Notes: a model not told the origin generated them from the sequence alone. DNA of 64,000 bases from Octopus vulgaris (GCA_951406725.2 OX597817.1:39370001-39434000), one strand, 5' to 3'; shown: positions 49,576 through 62,710, counted from the stretch's first letter. Program-made: numbers and translations.

Positions 49576-49883
49576 TACTATTTATTAGTTATTTTTACAT
49601 AGAGAAATACCTTTTCATTATTAACCAGTCAGCTATGAAGTAGAAGTGAAACATTAATTTCAGTTGTGTTTGCTTGGACAAATTGTTGTTATTGTTGTTT
49701 TTGTATTAGCGGAATCACCACTTCTGGCACTTAACATTCTGTGTTCAAATCATTCCAGAGTCAATATTGTCTTTCATCCTTATGGGCCTTGTGCCTAGAG
49801 TAGAAAAGGATATTGTCTTTCGTCCTACCTGGATTCAATAAAATAAAATACTGGATTTAATTTGATATTTCTTTAAACCTTTT

Positions 49884-50040
49884 GGAGTGACTGTGTGGTA
49901 AGTAGCTTGCTTACGAATCATATGGTTCCGTGTTCAGTTCCACTGCGTGGCACCTTGGGCAAGTGTCTTATACTATAGCCTCGGGCAGACCAAAGCCTTG
50001 TGAGTGGATTTGGTAGACGGAAACTGAAAGAAGCCCGTCG

Positions 50041-50082
<42 letters not shown>

Positions 50083-50300
50083 ATCTGCATGTATGTTTGT
50101 GTGTCTGTGTTTGTCCCCCCAACATCGCTTGATAACCAATGCTGGTGTGTTTACATCCCTGTAACTTAGCGGTTCAGCAAAAGAGACCAATGGAATAAGT
50201 ACTAGGCTTACAAAGAATAAGTTTGCTCGACTAAAGGCAGTGCTCCAGCATGGCCACAGTCAAATGCCTGAAACAAGTAAAAAAGTAAAGAGTAAAGAGT
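49884..50300 (+). mobile_element. SINE family A copy
   Basis: Family A consensus. Confidence 0.88.
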
Positions 50301-50399
50301 TACCATATTTCTGCTGAAATACACTTCTTTTGTTCAATTTGATTTTGAAAATAGTGAAGTTTTTTTAATAAAATAACTTTGTCAGTGTTAAGACAGCCC

Positions 50400-50620
50400 C
50401 AAGGTGGCAAGCTGGCAGAATGATTAGCAGTCTGGGCAAAATGCTGAGTGGTATTTTGTCTGCTGCTACATTCTAAGTTCCAATTCCGCCAAGGTCAACT
50501 TTGCCTTTCATCCTTTTGGAGTCGATAAATTAATCACCAGTGAAACACTGGGGCTGATAAAATCGACTTACCCACTCCTTATGAATTTTAGGCCTTGTGT
50601 CTATAGTAGGAAGGATTATT
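50400..50620 (+). mobile_element. SINE family M copy, CpG decayed
   Basis: GGTGGCAAGCTGGCAGAA head, CCAAGGTCAACTTTGCC body. Confidence 0.8.
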
Positions 50621-50752
50621 AAGATAGTCTGTTAAAGAATAATAAGATTGTACTGTAACCCTTCAGATTAATGTAAAATCGTTTTATTACAACTGAACAT
50701 AAAAACCAACATAATATATATATATATAATTTTTTTCGTAATGGGATAAAAA

Positions 50753-50809
50753 AACCAAGGCTGTGTAGATTTTAGAACATTTTGTTCTAAAATCTACACA
50801 GCCTTGGTT
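50753..50809. other. Perfect 27-bp-stem hairpin with 3-nt loop
   Basis: AACCAAGGCTGTGTAGATTTTAGAACA-TTT-TGTTCTAAAATCTACACAGCCTTGGTT. Confidence 0.95.
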
Positions 50810-51007
50810 ACGAAAAAAAATTTTTATATACACATGCTGACATATGATCAACATTGAACCACTTATTTGCATAATCGCCGAACCTGGAACTTAACTATGG
50901 CCTATCTATAGCACTTATTCAGCATTACCTGACACCTTTGGGTCTCAATGACAACATTACCACTCATAACCAATATATATATATATATATATATATCTTT
51001 TTTTTTC

Positions 51008-51396
51008 TCTTTTTTATTTGTCTCAGTCATTTGACTGTGGCCATGCCGGAGCACTGCCTTTAGTTGAGCAAATCAACCCCAGGACTTATTCTTTGTAAGC
51101 TTAGTACTTATTCTATCGGTCTCTTGCCAAACTGCTAAGTTACGGTGACATAAACACACCAGTATTGGTTGTCAAGTGATATTGGGGGACAAACACAGGC
51201 GCACAAACACATTCACACAATTACATATATATATACATATATACGAGGGGCTTCTTTCAGTTTCCGTCTACCAAATCCACTCACAAGGCTTTGGTCGACC
51301 CGAGGCTATAGTAGAAGACACTTGCCCAAGGTGCTACGCAGTGGGAATGAACCCAGAACCATGTGGTTGGTAAGCAAGCTTCTTACCACACAGCCA

Positions 51397-51398
<2 letters not shown>
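51008..51398 (-). mobile_element. SINE family A copy
   Basis: Family A consensus in reverse orientation. Confidence 0.85.
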
Positions 51399-51431
<33 letters not shown>

Positions 51432-52059
51432 TGTGATCACATGATTGACCAGACTATTGGATGCTGTCATACATTGCTGATCACAATCCACTTTGAATCA
51501 TTTTAGCTTTCAACTGATGTCACCTCACCTCACTGGCTAGGCGAGCATTCAACATATATTTATGTGTGTCTGTGTGTGTATGCGTGTGAAGTATTACAGA
51601 CTGAATAAGGTTAAGTCTGATAAATTCTTTACATATATATTGTTTATTGAATAAGCATTTAGCTTTTGTTCCCCACTTTCTCACATATAATGGTATAAAA
51701 TGAATAAGTTTTTAAACACCTTGCTGTGGATTGGCAACATGGACACTATACATACCTGTTATATCTGCTTGAAGTATCATTGTTATTTCTTTAAATTAAG
51801 GTATGCAATTTACTCTTTTTATTCTTTTACTTGTTTCAGTCGTTTGACTGTGGCCATGCTGGGGCACTACCTTGAAAGGTTTTAGTTGAACAACTTAACC
51901 CTAGGAGTTATTTGTTTTTTTAAGCCTAGTACTTATTCTACCTGTCAAATTACTAAACTACTAAGTTACGGGGATGTAAGCATACCAACACTCGTTGTCA
52001 AGCAGTGATGTGGGGACAAACACAGACACAAAGATACACACACACACATATACACATAT

Positions 52060-53310
52060 AATCATTGTCATCATCATCGTTTAATGTCTGTTTTCCATGC
52101 TGGCATGGGTTGGATGGTTTGACTGTGGTCTGGAGAGCCAGCAGCTGCACCAGGCTCCAATCTGATCTGGCAATGTTTCTACAGCTGGATGCCCTTCCTA
52201 ATGCCAACCACTCTGAGAGTCTAGTGGGTGCTTTTTATGTGCCACTGACATGAGAGCCAGTCAGACAATCCTGGCATAGATCATGTTCAGATAGTGCTTT
52301 TTACATGCCACCAGCACAGGAGTCAGTCAAGGGGTACTGGCATCAGCCACGTTCAGATGGTGCTTTTTACGTGTCACTGGCACAGGAGCCACTAACATTG
52401 ACCACATTCAGATGATGCATTTTACATGCCACCGAAACAGGAGCCAGTCAGGAAGCACTGGCCACAGCTATGATTTTGGTTTTACTTGACTCAACAGGTC
52501 TTTTCAAGCATGTCATATCACCTGACACATCAGGTCCAGACCTGCACTACTGGCATCGGCCATGACTGCGATCTCTCTTTAGTTGCCGGCCCATCTCAAT
52601 CACAGCATATCTCCAAAGGTCTCAGTCTCTTGCCATTGCCTCTGTGAGGCTCAATGTTTGAAGGTCATGTTTCACCACCTCATCCCATGTCTTCCTGAGT
52701 CTACCTCTTCCACAGGTTCCTTTCACAGTTAGGGAGTGGCACTTCGTCACACAGCTGTCCTCATCCATACATAACACATGACCATACCAGCACAGTCATC
52801 TCTCTTGCACACCACATCTGATGCTTCTTATGCCCAACTTTTCTCTCAGGGCTCTTACACTCTGTCATGTATGCACACTGACATTTCACATCCAGCAGAG
52901 CATACTAGCGTCATTTCTTTCAAGCCTATGCATGTCCTCAGCAGTCATGGCCTATGTTTCACTGCCGTGTAGCATGGCAGTTTGCACACATGCATCATAC
53001 AGTCTATCTTTCACCCTGAGCGAGAGGCCCTTAGTTGCCAGCAGAGGTAGGAGCTCTCTGAACTTTGCCCAGACTATTTTTATTCTAGCCACTACACTCT
53101 CAGAGTCACCACCTCCACTATAGACTTGGTTGCCTAGGTAGCAGAAGCTATCAACTACTTATAGTCTCTCTCCCTGGTATGTGATGGGATCTGTTTTCTG
53201 TACATCTTCAGTGTTTATTTTCCCTGTATATCTGCCACACACAAAACTATTTTCTGTGTTAGCTTTCTTTGATATTGCTGCACTTCTTATGTGTCCATAG
53301 GTTACACCAG
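52060..53310 (-). mobile_element. RTE LINE 3' fragment: degraded ORF2 C-terminal part plus family R 3' UTR
   Basis: VVDSFCYLGNQV.SGGG..ESVVARIKIVWAKFRELLPLLATKGLSLRVKDRLYDACVQTAMLHGSET...WYGHVL...GRGRLRKTWDEVVKHDL. Confidence 0.92.
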
Positions 53311-53404
53311 GTACATCTTAAGGGTGTTTTATTGAATGACAAGTCACAGCCTGTAAATCATTAACTGGCTTCTGCTGGCAGAAACTGTATTTCCTGGCGG
53401 CAGT

Positions 53405-53725
53405 CTTTTGCTTCTTTCAGTCATTAGACTGTGGCCATGGTGGAGCACTGTCTTGAAGTCAAACAGATCAATCTCAGTACTTGTCTTAAAGTTCGGTACT
53501 TTTTCTAACAGTCTTGTTTTTGCTGAGCTGCTAAGTTATGGGGATATAAACAAACCAATACTGGTTGTCAAGTGGTAGTGGGGACGAACACACACACACA
53601 TGCTTCTGCTCAGTAATTCATTGATTGGTCTGGGGCTACAGTAGAAGACACTTGCCTAAGGTACTGCACAATGGGACTGAACCCCAAACCACATAGTTGC
53701 AAAGTGGGCTTCTTGACCACACATT
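53405..53725 (-). mobile_element. Old SINE family A copy
   Basis: Diverged family A motifs. Confidence 0.7.
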
Positions 53726-54294
53726 CATGTCTTTGCATTGAGGACACTGAATATTTTTCCTCACAATGTGTTGAAAATTGATAGTACCTGCTCTAGATTT
53801 TGAAGATGACATTTTTCATTATCCACTTTTAATCCCCAAAACAGGTTATCTGTACTAAAGTTACCCTACCTCTCTACTGTAAAAGTGAAAGACACAGTAA
53901 AGATGATACATAATCTACAGGATCTATTATGTTGCTAAGCCACTAACAAAATATCTCGGTAAAGTATTTGAAAGTGCTTAGACCTTATTTTTAAGCTTAT
54001 TTTATTTTTTAATTTTTTCCCCAAAAGTTTCAAGTCAAAATTGGGGTGTCTTGTAGTGTACTCAGTTCTAGGAAATAAATTTAGTACAAATAGCAACCGA
54101 ATCTCCTGGAAATTAAAGCTGTTTTCTTAAATAATAAAAAGACACATTAGATGATGTAGTCTTTTTACAGCCCTGAAAAGATTGGTTGATTATCATTAGA
54201 ATACTTTTTATTGTAGGCCTGCTTAATCAGGGTTGATCTAGAGCTAAAGATTAATACCAACAGATAAGTAGAACAGGCCAGAATGTGAGCCTTT

Positions 54295-54800
54295 ATCATC
54301 ATCATCATTATTTAATGTCCGCTTTCCGTGCTAGCATGGGTTGGACGATTTTGACTGAGGGCTGGCGAACCAGATGGCTGCACCAGGCTCCAAACTTGAT
54401 CTGGCAGAGTTTCTACAGCTGGATGCCCTTCCCAACGCCAACCACTCCGAGAGTGTAGTGGTTGCTTTTACGTGCCGCTGGCATAGGGGGCAGTCAGGTG
54501 GTACTGGCAATGACCTCGCTCGAATCTTTTTACACATGCCACCGGTACAGGTGCCAGTAAGGCGACACTGGTAACGATCATGCTCGAATGGTGCCTTGTA
54601 TGTGCCACCAGCATGGAAGCCAGTTAGCTGTTCTGGCAACGATCATGCTTGGATGGTGCTCTTAGCACCCTCCTAGCACGAGCACAAGTGCCAGTAAGGC
54701 AACGTTGGTAACGATCACACTCGAATGGTGCCTTTTATGTACCACTGGCACGGAAGCCAGTTAACCGCTCTGTCAACGATCACACTCGTATGGTGCTCTT
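54295..54800 (-). mobile_element. Family R repeat with duplicated internal units
   Basis: (CAT)n tail, GGATGCCCTTCC, repeated GTGCCAGTAAGGC..C...GGTAACGATCA units. Confidence 0.82.
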
Positions 54801-54837
54801 TATCATCTCTACAAAAAGGGAGGATATATTAGGTAAT

Positions 54838-55050
54838 TCTTTCTACTATGAGTACAAGGCCTGAAATTTTGGGCTGGATGGCTAGCTGATAACATTGACC
54901 TCATTATTCAACTGGTACTTACTTCACTGACCATGAAAGGATGAAAAGCAAAGTCAACCACAATGGAATTTGAACTAGAATGTAAAGCTGGAAGAAATGC
55001 TACCATATATTTTCTATGGCATGCTAATGATTCTGCCAGCTTACTGTCTT
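54838..55050 (-). mobile_element. SINE family M copy
   Basis: Family M motifs, CpG decayed. Confidence 0.75.
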
Positions 55051-55121
55051 AAAGACTAGTCAGATAATGGATAATGTAGCTGAAGATACACTGTGTCTTA
55101 AAAATAAAAAAATAGTCATAT

Positions 55122-55513
55122 ACTCTTTTACTTGTTTCAGTCAGTTGACTGCAGCCATGCTGGAGCACCACCTTTAGTCGAGAAAATCAACCCCAGGACT
55201 TATTCTTTGTAAGCCTAGTACTTATTGTATCGGTCTCTTTTGCCGAACCGCTAAGTTACAGGGACGTAAACACGCCAGCATCAGTTGTCAAGCAATGTTG
55301 GGGGGGACAGATACAGACACAAACACACACACACGCATATATACATATATACGACGGGCTTCTTTCAGTCTCTGTCTACCAAATCCACTCACAAGGCTTT
55401 GGTCAGCCCAAGGCTATATTAGAAGACACTTGCCCAAGGTGCCACACAGTGGAACTGAACCCGGAACCATGTTGTTGGTAAGCAAGCTACTTATCACACA
55501 ACCACTCCTGCGC
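55122..55513 (-). mobile_element. SINE family A copy
   Basis: Family A consensus, CpG partly decayed. Confidence 0.88.
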
Positions 55514-56277
55514 ATATTTAGAACATTTTTCGATCAGATATCTGCTTGATCAAAGCCAACCTAGGCTACACAACAGTCACATCAACTGGCTGATAAAAGG
55601 AGGAATAAATTTCATTGCTTTCTTCATCAAATTTTGTTGTCTATGTATTTCCACTACATACTACATGTTCCATCAAATCTTGAATGGTAAAGTACTTAAG
55701 TTTGATTATGAACCTAACTCAAATACAAAAAAACATCAAGACTCAAGTTTATTATTTCAACTGTGAATCTCTTGCTGCTCTTTCAGATATTGAATTAAAT
55801 ATAATATGATAAGTTTCCGCTTTTCTGATATACAAGTGATCTTTTAAACATTCTTTCCATAAATAGAAAAGTAAAATAGAGTAGAGAAGTATTTCTGCCA
55901 AGTTTGAGAACCTGCTTTGATTTCCTGTTTTAGATAATTCAATTCACTTACATACTTGTTGTTGTCATTTAATTCCAGGTCAGTTCTGATCAAGAAGACT
56001 TAAGATAGAGACATTCAAACCATGATCAACCTGTTTTATTTTTGTGAATAGTATACCTCAGACGATGTGTTTATTTTTAAGACAGTAAAGTATGGTTTAA
56101 TGTAGATTTGATTGCTACTTCTAGCAGGCTGAATGACCACACAGTGATTCTCCAAATTGCCTTTTATGTGTGCGTTTTAGAACAAATGTTGATCTTTTGG
56201 TACACCTTGTACACGAAATAGAGAAACAATCCTAACCAAACATGAAACGTTATTAAAAAGAAGTATATTTTAGCTTG

Positions 56278-56580
56278 TGGAGGCACATGGCCTAGTTGTT
56301 AGAGCAGCAGACTCGTGGTCGAGGGATCGTGGGTTTGAATCTCAGACTGGGTGATGTGTGTGTTTATGAGCAAAACACATAAGCTCAATGTGGCTCTGGC
56401 AGAAGGCAATGGCGAACTTCTGCTGACTCTTTCGCCACAACTTTCTCTCACTTTTTCCTCCTGCATCTTGCAGCTCACCTGCGACGGACTGGTGTCCTGT
56501 CCAGGTGGGGAACCTATACTCCAAGGAAACCGGGAAACCGGCCCTTATGAGCCAGGCATGGCTCGAGAAGGAACAAACAT
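56278..56580 (+). mobile_element. tRNA-derived SINE with V-domain-like body
   Basis: A box TGGCCTAGTTGTT, B box GGTTTGAATC, CCTGCGACGGACTGGTGTCCTGTCCAGG and GAAACCGGG motifs; partial inverted copy near 7975-8062. Confidence 0.7.
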
Positions 56581-56729
56581 ATTTTAGTGTATAAATAATT
56601 TGACCTGCTGAAATTATTAAGTAATTAATTAATCAAATTAATGAAGCACAATTATCAGTTTGTGTTTTCTACATGTTTCATTATTCTCCATCATTTTCAT
56701 CAATAATATTAATCAGTAATATTAATAAT

Positions 56730-57213
56730 AATCCTTTCTGCTATAGGCTCAAGGCCTGAAATTTTTCAAAGAGGAGACTAGTAAATTACATTGACCCAAG
56801 TTTTCAACTGGTACTTATCTCATTGACCCCCCAAAAATATGGAGGGCAAAGTCAATCTTGGCAGAATTTGAACTCAGAATGTAAAGATGGATGAAAGGTC
56901 ACTAAGCATTTCGTCTAGCATGCTAACAGTTCTGCACCTTACCATCTTAATAATAATAAAAGTAGTAGTAGTAGTAGTAGTAGTAGTCATCATTGTAATT
57001 TTTTTGTCTACTAAAGGCACTTAGTCTGAAACTAGAGAAGAGTCTAGTCAATTTAATCAACCCCAGTGTTCAACTGATACTTATTTTATTGACCTCAAAG
57101 GGATGAAAGGCACAGTAGACCTTAGTGGCATTTGAACTCAGAGTGTAAGGACAGATGAAATGCTGCTAAGCATTTTGTCCTGCATGCTAACAATCCTGTC
57201 AACTTGTTGCCTT
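56730..57213 (-). mobile_element. Two tandem SINE family M copies
   Basis: Family M motifs at about 56730-56948 and 57005-57213. Confidence 0.75.
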
Positions 57214-57439
57214 AATGATGATGATGATGTGTTCTTCCATGGTTTCATGGGTGGAATGGGTTTTCTCCAAGACAGCATTTCACCATTTATTGTGGCCCCC
57301 TGTCATTTCCTTCATGAGATCAGCATCTTAAGATCAGCCATCACTTTTTTTTGCCCATGCTTTCTTCAGTGTTACTCTTCTACAGATTCCTTCTATTAGG
57401 TGGCTTGGCACCTAATAGTTTATTAAGCAGAAAAGCTTA

Positions 57440-57848
57440 TCTTTTATCATTTACTTGTTTCAGTCAATGAACTGCGACCATACTGAAACACTGCTTTGAA
57501 GGGTTTATCAAACAAATTGACCCCCAGTATTTATTTTTAAGTCTAGTACTTATTCTATTGGTCTCGTTTGTTGAACTGCTAAGTTATGGGAACATAAAAA
57601 AAAAGCCAACACTGGTTTGTCAAGTGATGGTGGAGATATACATGCACACATGTATGCATGCATGTGCATGCACAAACACACACACACAAAGGACTTTCAC
57701 AGAGTTTACATCTACCAAATTAACTCACAAAACATTGATTGACCCTGGGCTGTAGCAGAAGGCATTCACCCAAAGTGCTGTGCAGTGGGATTGAACTTGA
57801 AACTATGTAGTTGCAAAGCAAGCTTCTTAACCACACAGCCATACCTGT
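57440..57848 (-). mobile_element. Old SINE family A copy
   Basis: Diverged family A motifs. Confidence 0.72.
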
Positions 57849-58612
57849 ACTTGTAAGTTTAATTTTATTATTTTCATGTTGCACTTAGCTACAGCTTGTG
57901 GCACACCAGTGTGGCAATCACTGATGTGATTGCGACACACTGTTTGGGAGCCAGTGATGTAGAAACTTCCTTACTTGGTCATCAGTTATTCAGGTGAAGT
58001 TCCTGGAGACATGCATGAACATCACATCTCAATATCTTGCCTTTATGTGATATGTAAAGAGCTCATTGTTCACCCAGTCATAGCCTAAATCAGCCCTGGT
58101 TGAGCAGATATATGATAAAACATATTTCAGCCATGACCACCCTGTCGCACTTTGATAACAGTGTATCCAAAACCATGCTACCCAATGTTTATGTCCTTTC
58201 TCTTTACCTTAGGGCAGTGGTTGGGTGGGTAGGTGTTGAGAGCATTTTGTGGCTATTTTTAGCAAGCCAGGTGTCTATGTAGAGGCTCTGCAGTTGACTC
58301 ATGGATATTATTAATAGTGAATTGTCAAGCAGAAAATACTGACATCTTGCATTTCATTTTGTATGAAATAATTCCACTGTAGACATTTATTTGTTAAATA
58401 TCTGAGGATGAAAATGAAATGTCAAATTCTTCAGGTTTTGTTTTTAATGACTATAGTTTTGAAATTTGGTAAATTATTCAGCAAGTGTTTTACATTTGTT
58501 TATCATTACTGTTTGAAAACTGTCTTATATCAGTTTAAAGGATCTGATGACAGCCAACATTTCAAAGTGACTGAGCACTGGTAAATATGATACCAAAAAC
58601 TACATTGGTTAC

Positions 58613-58919
58613 TTTTTTGACTAAGTAACATATAAATGGTTTCTGGTGGTGCTTTTCATTTAATCTAGCCCTTCACTTCAGAACGATTCAAATAGGTTAC
58701 ATGTACTAGTATAGCCTTTGGGGCTGTAGGAACAAGCAAGCTCCACTTCCTTACCATCAGAAGTTTTGGACAGCAAATTTGCAAATGTGAAATTTAAACA
58801 AAGGAATCAATTAAACAATGATTAATGGTAAAACTCACAAGATATGGGAAGACAGAATTATATCAATGACACTGAAAAGGGTCACCAAGTACCAAAAGTG
58901 AACCTTTGCTAACATCTAA

Positions 58920-58981
<62 letters not shown>

Positions 58982-60277
58982 ACACACTCTGCTTGCAAAG
59001 ACCTGTTGAGGCAAGTGAAATCAAAATCAAATTTGATGACTGGCATCTGTGCTAGAGCACCATCCAAGCATGATCGTTGCCAGAGCAGCAAAGTGGCTTC
59101 CGTGCCGGTGGCACGTAAAAGGCACCATTTGAGTGTGATCGTTACCAGAGTTCTTTAGAGAACAGCATTTTAGTTATTACAGTTTATCAAGTTGGGGATT
59201 AAGTTATCATCATCATCATCACCAGTGGCATGTAAAAAGCACCAATTACACTCTTGGTGTGGTTAGAGTTAGGAAGGGCATCCAGCTGTAGAGATCATGC
59301 CAAATCAGGCTGGAACCTGGTGCAGCTCTCTGGCTTACCAGTTCTCAGTCAAACTGTCCAGCCCATCCCAGTATGGAAAATGGACTTTAAATGATTATGA
59401 TGATGGTGACGACGACAACCATCATCTTCATTTAATGACCACCTTTATGCTGGCATGGGTTGGATGGTTTAAAAAGATATGATGGGCCCAAGGGCTGTAT
59501 TTGCTCCAGTGTCTTTGGCATGTTTTCCACAGCTGGATGCTCTTCCTAATGCTAACAGTTCATTTATTGTCCTATCCAGTAGTTGCATCTCTCATCAACA
59601 TTCTACTCAGGAATCAACAATGGTTTGTGTATAAGATCACACAACATGCTAGAAATAGCAGCCAAAATCTGTCAACTCACATGCCATGTCTTCAGAAATT
59701 GCAGGACAGTGAAGCTAATGTTGTCCAAGATACTCCCAAAAGATAGAAATTTTTTAGGTGTATTTGTGTTTGATTGTATGTCTGCTGGATCAAGGTTGAT
59801 CTGGGAAAAACCAACAACATAATGCTGTAGATATCAGTAACTAAAGCTTAAGAAGAAAAATATTTGAGTAGAGCAATATAGTTTATTTACTTCTTATGCT
59901 CATCATCATCAAGCTGAGCTTGCGTGGATTTCCTAAACCTTTTGATGTCTGAAGGACATCTATTGCCATTAGCTCTACAGATGTTAGCAAAGGTTCACTT
60001 TTGGTACTTGGTGACCCTTTTCAGTGTCATTGATATAATTCTGTCTTCCAATATCTTGTGAATTTTACCATTAATCATTGTTTAATTGATTCCTCTGTTT
60101 AAATTTCACATTTACCATGCTGCTGTCCGGAACTTCTAAGGAAGTGGAGCTTGCTTATTCCTACAGCCCCAAAGGCTATACCAGTAAATGTAACCTATTT
60201 GAGTCATTCTGAAGTGAAGGGCTTGATTAAATGAAAAGCACCACTAGAAACCATTTATATGTTACTTAATCAAAAAA
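58613..60277. repeat. About 300-bp inverted duplication (58613-58917 / 59979-60277) around a 1.06-kb spacer
   Basis: Arms align along their full length, including a long exact match at the inner ends; mostly transition differences and a few small indels. Confidence 0.93.
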
Positions 60278-60849
60278 TGAGGGTGTAATACCTGTCATAT
60301 TGAAAAAGCTCCTAGACTGATAAATTAATACAATATATGCTTGGTTTGAATATCCGAGGTTCAATTTTTTAAAGAAACATAAGAAAGATTGTGAAAATGC
60401 TATAATGTTGCAATTCTGTAGAGGTAGAAAGTAATGAGGTGATGTTGTGTGTGGGGTTTTGGAGATGAGGCAACATGAAGTAAGTGAAAAGAGATATTTT
60501 TGTTGGATAGGCCTGAGGGGGAGAAAAAGAGGGAGAAAAAGGGAGAGACATATGAGGTTGGAGTCTGTCATAGATCTACATCCCCCTTTTTTTGTTTTAT
60601 TAATCTATCATATTTCATATTTTTTGGAAACTTTCCGTGTATTAGAATGCTTTTTTTAAAGAGCTTGGTTGGTGTTTTTTCAACACCTGTCGAGTCTGAG
60701 TTCATTTTTTTCTATTTTGTTTATATTGTACTGTAGTTTTGGAAAACTTTTCTGCCTCATTTAACATACATGCACACATAGCATACATATATACATGCAT
60801 ACACACATGCATGCACTCAGGCATACACACACACACACACACATACTCC

Positions 60850-61330
60850 GTTGAGGCAAGTGAAATCGAAACCGAAATCAAATTCGATGACTGGCATCCA
60901 TGCTAGTGGAGCACTAAGAGCACCATCTGAGCGTGATTGTTATCAGAGCAGCTAACTGGTTTCTGTGCCGGTGGCACATAAAAAGCACCATTTGAGCGTG
61001 ATCGTTACCAGCGTCGCCTTACTGGCACGTGAAAAAAATTCAAGCGAGGTCGTTGCCAGTGCTGCTGGACTGACTCCTGTGCAGGTGGCATGTAAAAAAC
61101 ACCATTTGAACATGGCCGTTGCCAGTACCGCCTGACTGGCCCTCATGCCGGTGGCACATAAAAGCACCCACTACACTCTTGGAGTGGTTGGCATTAGAAA
61201 GGGCATCCAGCTGTAGAAACTCTGCCAGATCAGATTGGAGCCTGGTGCAGCCATCTGGTTTGCCAGTCCTCAATCAAATTGTCCGACCTATGCTAGCATG
61301 GAAAGCGGACGTTAAATGATGATAATGATA
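60850..61330 (+). mobile_element. Family R repeat (long 3' UTR form)
   Basis: GTTGAGGCAAGTGAAATC start shared with the copy near 59005; GGACGTTAAATGATGAT tail. Confidence 0.82.
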
Positions 61331-61604
61331 CACATACACATACATTCATACATACATACATTCATACATACATTCATACATACATACATACACACACACA
61401 TGCACACATATACATGCAAACATGCAACACATAGATACATATGGACATACATAAAATGGTACAAACACATACCCAGATACATTCAGAAACATTCTTATTT
61501 GCAAATATACAAGCATACAAACATGCATTATATTTCGGAAAAACAATGAGTTGGACAAAATACATGTCTTGCCTGATGGCATGTCAGGGACTAAAATAGT
61601 AATA

Positions 61605-61995
61605 CAGGTTGTTGGCATCCTTTTGTCTCAGGAGACAATGGAGTTGTGCATAAACTAATCCAGTCTGGTTTTTACATTTCATGTCCTCTCTGGTTTCGTG
61701 CAGGCCTGGGCTAGATGTAGGAAATCCTGGGTAGCCTAATCGTCAGGATTCCTCTCTCAACCTTGCTGATGTAGTCCAAAGGAGTGCAGAGCATTGCGTT
61801 TGCCACCAGCTTGGTTGCAGGAGCTGCCGGAAGAGTGTCGAGTTGAACACTAAACCGCCTACATGGCTCCACTCCAGATTTCTTTGAAGGTTGTCTCCAT
61901 TCCGTAACCCTGGATAGGGGCCTATACAAGGTACTGTCAGCCGGAGCCAGGTGAGCCCGGGACTTGTGTCAGGCAGGGTCGTCACTCCCTGAAGT
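61605..61995 (-). mobile_element. Short RTE-derived non-autonomous element (Ceph-domain-like)
   Basis: Minus strand AAATCTGGAGTGGAGCC...CTTCCGGCAGCTCCTGCAACCAAGCTGGTGGCAAACG resembles RTE 5'-UTR/Ceph-SINE middle bodies; short tail ending CCAACAACC. Confidence 0.5.
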
Positions 61996-62099
61996 AGTGA
62001 AGAAAATCGCTACCCACTACAGGTAAAGCTCCTTATTTTCAGGTATTTTGATAGAAACATATACACAAAGGGATGGAAAGATAGATATACCACTAGGGG

Positions 62100-62710
62100 T
62101 ATGGTAGGAGTCAGAGAGTTGGTGGGTATATGGCAGTATGGATGGTAGTTTTGGTGGTGATGGTAATGGTGATGATAGCAACCATATTGATGAGGATGAT
62201 ATGAAATCTGGTGGTTGTGGCATCAGTATTAGTGGTTAGTGGGTAGCAGTGAAGATGGAGGTGGAGCTGTTGGTGATGATGATGGTTTTGACAGAGCGAT
62301 GATGTTGATGGTTATAATGGCACTAATATGGCAGTAGTGGTGGAGGTTGTAGGTGATGAAAAGGGTGGTGGTTGCAGGTAATAAAGAGGGTGGTGGTTGG
62401 CGCAGTTGTAATACTAGTTAATATGGGGAAGAAGATGATTATGATGATGGTGGTGGTAATGGTGGTGGCTGTGGTGATGATGATGAAGATGGTGATGGTG
62501 ATGGTTGTAATTGGAGTAATGAAAATGATGATTGCACTAAGGTAGTGGTTGGCATAGTTGGGATGATGATGATGATGATGGTGATGATGGCAATGATTAA
62601 GATGTTGATGCTGGTCATCACAGAGATGATGGCGATGGTAGTTTTTTTTTAATCTTTTGTTTGGTGGTGTTAATTGCAAAGAAATAGAGATGATGATGGA
62701 AGGTGATGGT
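62100..62710. repeat. Degenerate (GGT)n/(GAT)n trinucleotide low-complexity tract
   Basis: Directly visible. Confidence 0.85.

Noticed and set aside
56278-56352. Possible tRNA gene
   Set aside because: Degenerate stems and direct continuation into a SINE body; treated as a SINE head.
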